A DNA stretch of 64,000 bases, taken from the NCBI GenBank assembly GCA_964016885.1, contig OZ024740.1, forward strand, positions 85,126,001-85,190,000, written 5' to 3'. Shown here in pieces: positions 54,733-64,000 of the stretch. The DNA comes from Eledone cirrhosa (taxonomy: Eukaryota). Position numbers and translations under genes: made by a program. Position 1 is the first letter of the stretch. Every line of letters starts with the position of its first letter. The notes beneath the pieces were generated by a model, which saw only the letters and a program-made list of their open reading frames with translations, ran no database searches and had not been told where the DNA came from.

Positions 54733-55379
54733 TTGTTTATGTATTTGCTGACCCAATGGTTAGGTCGTTGAACTTACGATCATAATGTCGTCGGTTCCAT
54801 TCATGAATTGGGTGCTGTGGTCGTTCTTTTCTTGAGCAAAACATATTATTTTATATTGCTCCAGTGTACTCAGCTGCGAGTGAGTATCGCAGTAGCAGTA
54901 GAGTTAATTCTGCGATAGACCGACGTCATATACAGGTAAAGCCTTGTACTCTCAGTCAATTAACACCAACGAAACCAGGGATAAGCACCGGTCAGATGAA
55001 CCTTCGACTTAGAACAAACTTTGACTTCAACTAATTGCTTTGTTTTCCCAAGTTAAAAGATACATTGTCTCTATAATACTTGGGAATAACTATCTACTTC
55101 ATTAGTGTTAACTAACTTCTTAATTAAACAAAGCAAACAAACAAACAAACAAAAGCATCAGCAAGTAAATTCCATACTCTCTCTATTGGGCACATTACAG
55201 CTACGGCCAACGGACGAGGTGACACAAACATTGCAACAAACAACAGTCAACGATATCCGTTACATCAGCCACACCACCCAATGGAGCTTCCTCCTCGAGT
55301 GCCACGGCCTTATTCCAATTTGGCGGAAATTTGAAGCTTTTGAAAATTTGTAAAATGATTTTGAAAAATATATTAAGTG

Positions 55380-55865
55380 AATAATTGTACTAATTATAAC
55401 ATTATACTAACTATAACATTATTGTAACTATAATATTGTACTAATTATAACACTGTACTAACTATAACATTGTACTAACTATAACATTGTACTAACTATA
55501 ACATTATTGTAACTATAATATTGTACTAATTATAACATTGTATTAATTATAACATTGTATTAACTATAACATTATATTTACTATGACATTGTACTAATTA
55601 TAACATTGTACTAGTTATAACATTGTACTAATTATAACATTGTACTAAATATAACATTGTACTAACAATAACATAGTACTAACTATGACATTGTATCAAC
55701 TATGACATTATACTAACTATGACATTGTACTAATTATAACATTGTACTAACTACAACATTGTACTAACTATAACATTGTATCAACTATAACATTCTACTA
55801 ACTATGACATTGTATTAATTATAACATTGTATTTATTCTAACATTATACTAACTATAACATTATT
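55380..55865. repeat. 17-bp minisatellite (TATAACATTGTACTAAY), roughly 28 units
   Basis: Direct tandem repetition. Confidence 0.9.
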
Positions 55866-56357
55866 TTTGTTGCTGTTTATTTTCTTGCTGCTATTTTTAA
55901 TCTACTTGAAAGTTAATTTTATTCTAAGCAATACTTTCCACTAAATACTGATCTCTGGATTAATTAAGAAGAATTATGATTAATTAAGAAGTGAGTCTTC
56001 AAATTATATATTCTGTTTTATAACCAGATGGATAATATATGTCCATCATACAAGTTCTTGTTTCTGTTCGTGTTGATCTTTAGAATCAGTGACCAGATCG
56101 CTACCAAAGCGACGAAAATTTTGACATTAAGAAGTAAATGATAAATATAAAGTGAATCTAAGACTTTTTGTATGTGTTTTTTTTTAATGATTAAAATAAC
56201 TCTACCACGATGTAATTGAAATAATATTTTTAATTTTCTAAAATATTTTTTTACCTTAAACGTTTCTTTTAAAAATCGGTTTTAGATGAAAGAAGTTGAC
56301 ATGTATCAAAACACACAGAAAAAAAGTTAGTTATTATTCCTTTATTTGTAATAAAAG

Positions 56358-56421
<64 letters not shown>

Positions 56422-57051
56422 TAATAATAATAATAACAATAGTAATAATAATGATAATAATAATATAATAATAACAACAATAATAGCAATAATGATAATA
56501 AATAAGGATAGTAAATGTTAATAGTAAAGTTAATTACAATAATACTAAGGTTTAATAATAGTAATAAATATTATAGTTATAAATAATAATTGTTATAATA
56601 CTGATAGTTATAAATAAACGTAAATGAAATAATAGCAATAATAATGAAAATAATAATACTAATAACAATAATCATAATTAATTATAATTAATTAATTAAT
56701 AATGCTCAGAGTTCAATTAAGAAGAAAAGACGAAAAAAAAAAAGAGGCTTTGCATATATTTCTGTTAAGAAAAAAAAAAAAAAAAATACAACGAATATTC
56801 ATCAGCTTCGATAGAAGAGATAAAGAAATAAATAAAAAATAAATGGACGGCAACAAAATTTGTCTTCCAGTCGAGCAGAGAGCGGCCGTCTTGTCATTTT
56901 GACAGAGAAAAAAATCATTATTTGATAGAAACAATATTACAATTCTGTTTCTTCCTGATTTATTTCTGATTACCATATTTTTTGTTCATTTTTTTCACAT
57001 TTTTTTTTCAAAATTTTTAATACATAATTGTTGAAGTGTTTGTAGTGGCAA

Positions 57052-58002
57052 TCATGTGTGGTGGGCATCTGTACGAGTGAGGGGACTTCCGGAGCGGGGG
57101 TCCGGTTTATAGATAGCTTCTATAAGCAGACGACCGTTTTCAGCAAAAAACGCTTTTACACTTAGTGGATCGACATTGTCAGGTATGGTAGACTCTTTGC
57201 TCATGTTTTTAGTTGTGGTACGGTTTCCGATTTTCTCCTCTCGGCGAGCGGTTATTACCAGCTTCTTATCTAATGTTTTAACGGTGATTTCTTCCGGTTT
57301 ATAATCTTCAATATCGATTTCATCTTTGTATTTTTTCTCTTCAATGACTGGGCGTGCGGCACTGTTATTGGTCGACGTCGGTGGTGGGGCCGAGTTTAGC
57401 GGTTGTGACATAGCAGGACTACCAACCGATCCTCTAGTTGGCGAGTCGTTTAGGGCCGCGTAATCGGGTAGAGGTAGTGGTGCTTCGATACTCAGTATAC
57501 CGTCATTAGACATCGTGCATTGTAAATTCATTGGATCGATGTCTTTAGGTATGTTTACAGATCGAGAATACTCACGAGATACCGACGAGCCTCCAGTTTT
57601 CGACTCGTGTTTCGCATGGACTTGCATTTTATCGGCATCCATCTTGACATTCACCTCTTCTGGTTTGAAATCTCGGACATCAAAACGTGCCTTGAAGACA
57701 GGTCTTCCGTTAGCATCTTTCTCAATAATGCCTGTAGCATCGTCAAAATCTCCGCATACTCCTGGTGTTATGCCGGAAGCAATACTGCTCGGGACTCCAA
57801 AATCAACATCTCCTAACCGACTTGCGATGTTATCAAACTTGCCATTAGGTTTTAAAGAGAAGAAACCCTTGCGCACATTTTCAATTTCACTTTCCCATTC
57901 TCGGCGACGTCTGTCCATGTCTCTGGTCATGTCTTCCCAAACTTTTGATTGGCGATCTTCAAAGCTTAAATCGTCTTTGAAAATAGGAATTCGTGTTGAC
58001 AT
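57052..58002 (-). CDS. Small heat-shock protein with two alpha-crystallin domains (p40/major egg antigen-like), 316 aa, intronless CDS
   Basis: Domain 1 FKARFDVRDFKPEEVNVK..VHAKHE..SREYSRSVNIP..DP..CTMSNDGILSIEAP; domain 2 DIEDYKPEEITVK..LVITARREE..IPDNVDP..ENGRLLIEA; Kozak-like AAAATG. Confidence 0.93.
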   Translation of the reverse strand: MSTRIPIFKDDLSFEDRQSKVWEDMTRDMDRRRREWESEIENVRKGFFSLKPNGKFDNIASRLGDVDFGVPSSIASGITPGVCGDFDDATGIIEKDANGRPVFKARFDVRDFKPEEVNVKMDADKMQVHAKHESKTGGSSVSREYSRSVNIPKDIDPMNLQCTMSNDGILSIEAPLPLPDYAALNDSPTRGSVGSPAMSQPLNSAPPPTSTNNSAARPVIEEKKYKDEIDIEDYKPEEITVKTLDKKLVITARREEKIGNRTTTKNMSKESTIPDNVDPLSVKAFFAENGRLLIEAIYKPDPRSGSPLTRTDAHHT

Positions 58003-58032
58003 TTTGATGAATTCAAAGATGCTTCAAAGACA

Positions 58033-58135
58033 CTGCAAAGATAAGAAAGAAAGGAAAATGGAATTAAAACTCTTGTAGTTAACCGGAAGCATTCTAATTT
58101 AATATAGATAAGGGTTTTAAAAAAAGGAAACCTAC
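58033..58135 (-). other. Candidate 5'-UTR intron of the sHSP gene
   Basis: Minus-strand donor G|GTAGGT at 58135; pyrimidine tract with TTTGCAG acceptor ending 58033, 30 nt before the ATG. The acceptor is better supported than the donor. Confidence 0.55.
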
Positions 58136-58738
58136 CAAAGCTTTAGCAATGCTGACAAGAAAGAAAGGTTGTGTGACATGTTTACTGAAATCTACTTCTT
58201 AAGACATGGAAAAAAAAATTGAATAAAAAAAAAAGATGTGAAAGAGGACAGAAAGAGGGATCGGCATACTCTCCCCAGAAGTCTAGTTTCAGTTTCACCC
58301 TACAGAGAACAGCCAGTAACATCCACTGCATCAGCCACCCCACTCCACGGGACCTCTTCATTAACAGATATATTACTAGATGTCTCAACGGCAATGCGCA
58401 CGATATGGAAGCGATCGATCAATATTGCCGAAGAAAGTATTAAATAGAAGCAGTAGAAAAATGCACAATACCCAATATTTAAACAGTAAAATATAATGTT
58501 TTCAATTATAGATCAATGTTGGTGAATATCAGACATGAATTGATCTACGATAATGCCTTGTAGATAGTTTTTCATATAATATTGGAAAATTGGTTTAGAT
58601 CGGTTGGATGAATACAATAGCTGTTATCTACATTCAACGATCTTTGGGAAAACAATTAGGGAAATATGAGCATATAAAAGAGATAGATCGATAGATAGAT
58701 AGATAGATAGGTAGGTAGATAAATAGATAGACAGATGG

Positions 58739-58769
<31 letters not shown>

Positions 58770-59293
58770 GATAGTGAAAGAGACAGTGAAAGTGAGAGAT
58801 ATGTGTGAATAGATTGAGTAAGTGAGGTGGAGGATGAGAATGAGGAATAGCTTTACAAAAGAAGAAAACTTAACAACTATATGCATAATAAACAACTTCA
58901 AAAAGCATTGCTGTTGTGGATATGTTTATCTGCACTGTATGTCCACATAAGTTAAAAATATCTTTTTAAATTACTGAGACTTGCGGTAGTCATCGGATTT
59001 TGAAGGTAACTAATACGAATACGGATAATTAAAGGATTAAAATAATCCCTTTTGTGATTCTTCGTTACATTTTAGAATAAGGAGACAACGAGAGAGCCTT
59101 TGCAACCTCGTTCAATTTGTTAGAATTAGCATTCAACTGTATTATTAAAATGAACATTAGATAATGTAATCTTAGCTACACTGTGTCTGATAAACGAAAC
59201 AAAAATACTTATATATTTACTCTATTATAAATATTAAATGTTGAATTCTTTCTCATTTGTGGACTACTAAGATCTCTAGAACAGAAGTAACTT

Positions 59294-59373
<80 letters not shown>

Positions 59374-60150
59374 ATGCGCGTATGTATGTATAACGTTTAC
59401 AAATCAGTGCTACATGTTTCATGGTTTTGTCGAGTCCAACCACGAAACATGAACAATTAATAAGCACGCGGTGAGGGTGAGGGGGTGACGATCATTCGAG
59501 ACCCAAGTGTAAATGATATAAGAATTTGGTTTCGTTTCTACACATTCTGATATACAATCTCACCAGAGTCAATAAGATATATACCAGTAATATATTAAGT
59601 ATATATCTATCTAGAACTGGATTAAATCCTTTTGAGGCCTTAAGTACTTAAAAGGTTATGGTGCCTCCACCGTCCACCATATCTAAAGTCGGCAAAAAGA
59701 TTTTTGGAATGGTAAATACATTTAATTTTAATAAAACAGTGCCTGTCTTCCATTAATGCCCTAAGAATGTACATATTTTGCTTAACGGTTAATCCAGCCC
59801 TAGTTTATTTGACTATATCCCTCTCCAGTCTTAGATATATTGTTGTTACAGCAAGGAACGCTGGACTAAATATCTTACAATTACTATTAAATTCCATCTC
59901 ATAGGGTTCGGTGTTTTGAATTCCGCTAGGATAAACTGTGATTTTAATCACTTCCATGTCGATCAAATAAATACCAGTAGTAATACTAGGGTTGGTATAA
60001 TCGGCTATATATCCTACCTAGCAAGCATTGGTCGTCTGCCCAGAGAAAAGCATAAGCTAAAACGAACATAGATATTATGTAATGGCACAAGTAACTTATA
60101 AAAATTCCAAGAAATTGGAGAACTGGTTATATATATATATATATATATAT

Positions 60151-61258
60151 ATATGATTTTTAATGCAATGAAATATCTATGATCTTCGGCAAATCACTGA
60201 TGAGGGACGTATTTTATTACATGTTACCATGTGCTACCTGCAGTATTTTTCTCTATATTTTAATACATATATTTACCACTGCGATTCTGTGTTTTTTTCT
60301 CTCTCTCTTACTGTTCCCCCATTCTCTCTGTTTCTCCCCCTCTGTCTTGTCCGTTAACTCTTCCTCACACTTTCACTCACTCACTGTTTTTCTCCCTCTT
60401 CTCTTCATTTCATCCTGCACTCACGGACGCTATTTTTTCTCTCTCTGCTCAATGGCCTTCGTTCGTGCTGGCACTATTCTTTCTCTAAGCGCTCATATAT
60501 TCACCTAGCTTACGCTAACAGAATAATTTTTGAAGCTTGTTTCTCTCCCACGGTATGCTATATTTTCTGTTGTTCTCCTGTCTCACTCGCTTTACGCGTT
60601 TTAATTGTCCTAATAACTTATTTTGGTTATTATTGCACCGAAGTGAGATATATGATTTTTAATGCAATGAAATATCTATGATCTTCGGCAAATCACTGAT
60701 GAGGGACGTATTTAATTACATGTTACCATGTGCTACCTGCAGTATTTTTCTCTATATTTTAATACATATATTTACCACTGCGATTGTGTTTTTTTCTCTC
60801 TCTCTTACTGTTCCCCCATTCTCTCTGTTTCTCCCCCTCTGTCTTGTCTGTTAACTCTTCCTCACACTTTCACTCACTCACTGTTTTTCTCCCTCTTCTC
60901 TTCATTTCATCCTGCACTCACGGACGCTATTTTTTCTCTCTCTGCTCAATGGCCTTCGTTCGTGCTGGCACTATTCTTTCTCTAAGCGCTCATATATTCA
61001 CCTAGCTTACGCTAACAGAATAATTTTTGAAGCTTGTTTCTCTCCCACGGTATGCTATATTTTCTGTTGTTCTCCTGTCTCACTCGCTTTACGCGTTTTA
61101 ATTGTCCTAATAACTTATTTTGGTTATTATTGCACCGAAGTGAGATATATGATTTTTAATGCAATGAAATATCTATGATCTTCGGCAAATCACTGATGAG
61201 GGACGTATTTTATTACATGTTACCATGTGCTACCTGCAGTATTTTTCTCTATATTTTA

Positions 61259-61262
<4 letters not shown>
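60151..61262 (+). mobile_element. Tandem non-coding element, ~2.2 copies of a ~498 bp unit, in (TA)n; retrozyme-like
   Basis: GATCTTCGGCAAATC at 60181, 60680 and 61177. Confidence 0.88.
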
Positions 61263-61289
<27 letters not shown>

Positions 61290-61379
61290 CGTAGGTCCCG
61301 GGTTGAGTCGGGGATAACCACAGTAAGTAAGGTACTCAATACATGGCAGAGTAAAATTTTTATTTTATTTTATAGAAGG

Positions 61380-61430
61380 AGCTTCTACAGGACTAGTACT
61401 GTTTCATTCAGATGAAATCTTCAGGAAGCT
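61380..61430 (-). ncRNA. Type I hammerhead ribozyme (GUA site)
   Basis: Minus strand AGCTTC-CTGAAGA-tTTCA tc TGAAt-GAA-ACAG tactagtc CTGT-A-GAAGCT. Confidence 0.85.
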
Positions 61431-61499
61431 GGGTGTCATATTAAGTTCTGGTATTTATACATTTAGGTAGTGGTAAGGGAGTGTAGTTTGGTTAGACTT

Positions 61500-62598
61500 C
61501 TAATAGTTTTAAGACTCGCTGGTACGCCCACACACATTCGTTCCGGCGCCCAGACAAATCTAACCAAACTACACTCGCCGCCCACATATGGCACCTAAAA
61601 AGGAACTCCATCCCCTTCAAGACCCAATGGAGACTACTCCAGAGAGCGCGATCATACACGGGAGGCCATTATTGCTGTGACCTCTGTATCTCCGAGAGCT
61701 ATGAGATTCTACTCGCCAAAGGCCCTCTCCTCAACAAGATCTCGGAACACTCCCCCAATTGCATGCACAAGAACTATGCAAATTACAAAAACTACAGACC
61801 CTCCGGCCCCCCGACTGACCCCCCCCTCCATATCACCCCCACCCCCGCCCCATCCCATCTCTCATTATTACCCTCTTTCCTCCCCTCTATCTCTCATTAT
61901 TACCTTCTTTCCTCCCCTCCATGTCTTATATATTGTGTTGTATGCCTCTGAGTAAGTTCCGTGGCCGCACACACAAATTCACATATATACCTGCTCATGT
62001 TTGCATACGCGCAGTTATGAACTGATGCACGCACACGTTCATGATTTATTTATCTATTTAACTGTATATTTATTTATTTATTTATTTATTTAGTTACTTT
62101 ATTTACTTATTTATTTATTTATCCATTTATTTATTTATTTGTTTATTTATTTACTTATTTACTGGTTTATTTGTTTATCTGTCTGTTTGTTTGTTTGTTT
62201 GTTTGTTAGTTAACTCATTCATTTATTTATTAATTTATGAGTGAATGATTAGGTAATGAATAGATAAGGGATAAAAGATAGGTAACGAATAGTGAATGGT
62301 AAATAGTAAGTAATAAATAATAAATAGTAATTAATTACTTGATGATAATATTAATAACTTAATAGTGACATTAATTATTTTATCCTCTATCAGGCCCAGT
62401 TTAAAATTTTAAAATTTAAAATTAAAATTTGTCCCACTACCTTTATACTATAGACACATGTATGAGTGCGAACGAGTGCGTGTTTGTGCATATGCGTTTA
62501 TGTGTACTTATTTGTATGTACGTATGTGTATGTATGCGTGTTTGCTTGTAAATGTGTATGTGTGTGTATGTATATATGTATATATGTGTACGTGTATG

Positions 62599-62672
<74 letters not shown>

Positions 62673-62990
62673 TATATACGTGTATGGGTATATTTTGAGT
62701 TTATGTTGGTTGTATACCAACACCTTAGTATGCAGGCTAGAGCACTCGACGAAGTGCGCAGGTTGGTTTGGTTGACTCCAGTTCCTCAGTGAATTAACAA
62801 CCCAACAAGGAACTGGGCATATCAGAGTATTGACAATATTATACACCTAAACAACATATGTACTTGTCTATACTAATTCAAACTGCCTGAAGAGGTCACA
62901 GCCAAAGATGGCTGTCACTGAAATATATATAGCAGTAATAAACGAAGCTAAATTTTAATCATTTGACTTTTATTTAACTTTATTATACGT
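61500..62990 (+). mobile_element. 5'-truncated Naiad-like element (GIY-YIG C-terminus, 3' region, HHR)
   Basis: From ~61569 translates to TTLAAHIWHLKRNSIPFKTQWRLLQRARSYTGGHYCCDLCISESYEILLAKGPLLNKISEHSPNCMHK, homologous to the 40788..41294 ORF. Confidence 0.82.
62882..62936 (+). ncRNA. Type I hammerhead ribozyme (AUA site)
   Basis: ACTGC-CTGAAGA-GGTcACAGCCA aaga TGGCTGTcACT-GAAA-TATATA-TA-GCAGT, then AATAAA. Confidence 0.87.
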
Positions 62991-63021
62991 GTATGGGTAT
63001 ATATATGTATGTATATATATA

Positions 63022-63108
<87 letters not shown>

Positions 63109-63467
63109 TTTTAAATGTATGTGTATATATATATATATATATATGTATATATCTATATATGTGTGAATGTATGTGTTTGTGTGTGTGTGTGTGTATGTAT
63201 GTGTATGTATGTGTGTGCATATGTATGTATGTGTATGTATAGTATAGTTTACACGAGAGAGACATACGCACATGTAGGTGTGTATGCGCACGTGTGTGTG
63301 TAGATATATATGTGTGTGTATGTGTATGCGTGTGTGTGTGTATATTTGTGTGTGTGTATATTTGTGTGTTTGTGTTTTTCTTGTGAATATATGTATATAT
63401 GTGTATGTATGTATGTGTGTGTGTGTATATGTATGTGTGTGTGTGTGTATGTGTATACGCACACATA

Positions 63468-63498
<31 letters not shown>

Positions 63499-63539
63499 GT
63501 GTGTATATATATGTATATGTGTGTGAATGTGTAGGTGTG

Positions 63540-63587
<48 letters not shown>

Positions 63588-63660
63588 TATATATGTGTGT
63601 GTAAGTGTTTAAACATGTGTGTGTATATATATATGTGTGTGTAAGTGTTTTTGTATGTGG
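62990..63660. repeat. Compound (TA)/(TG) microsatellite
   Basis: Seen directly. Confidence 0.9.
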
Positions 63661-64000
63661 TTGTGAGTATGTAAATATATTTTATTCTTTCCATTCTACA
63701 AAAACACTCTGGCCACCTGTGGCTTGTATGTTAACTTGACCACTCACCCCAGTCTGTGCCATGATTCGGTCTTGTTAAATGTTTAATTTCTATTACCAAC
63801 CCACCTAAATTTCCCTACTATATATCTGTTGAATTACTATTCTTGGGGCTTTTATTTATTTATTTTTATTTATTTTTTTATTTATTTTATTTATTTATTC
63901 TTTTATCTATTTATTTACTTATTTATTTATTTCAAAAAAGCACTCTGGCTAATTGACCACTCCCCAAAGAAAAAATGGCCTGTGCCATGAAGTAGTCCTG

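Noticed and set aside
57515-58078. 187 aa plus-strand ORF, and similar antisense ORFs over the LINEs
   Set aside because: Shadow ORFs of real coding sequence on the opposite strand.

Overview
AT-rich, microsatellite-dense animal genomic DNA. The repeat repertoire suggests a mollusc, probably an octopus (inference). One clear host gene is present: a small heat-shock protein with two alpha-crystallin domains (p40/major-egg-antigen-like, 57052-58002, minus strand). The rest is mostly retroelements: R4/Dong-type RLE LINEs and a full-length L1-Tx1 LINE stacked in (AAT)n tracts, a partial-tandem Penelope element (RT + GIY-YIG), several Naiad-like and Neptune-like Penelope fragments, an RTE tail, tRNA-derived SINEs and MITEs. 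The main unannotated signal is about 20 hammerhead-ribozyme (HHR) motifs, intact or degenerate, read by eye from at least 12 unrelated sequence families. Most lie in short non-coding fold-back or tandem elements embedded in (TA)n. In one fold-back the inverted arm ends exactly at the predicted cleavage site, two others come close, and different retroelements are fused head-to-head. Together these suggest priming from both ends of a microsatellite break. A second conserved motif, with the HHR core blocks in permuted order, marks three retrozyme-like tandem elements. All folds were assigned manually and coordinates of degenerate elements are approximate.
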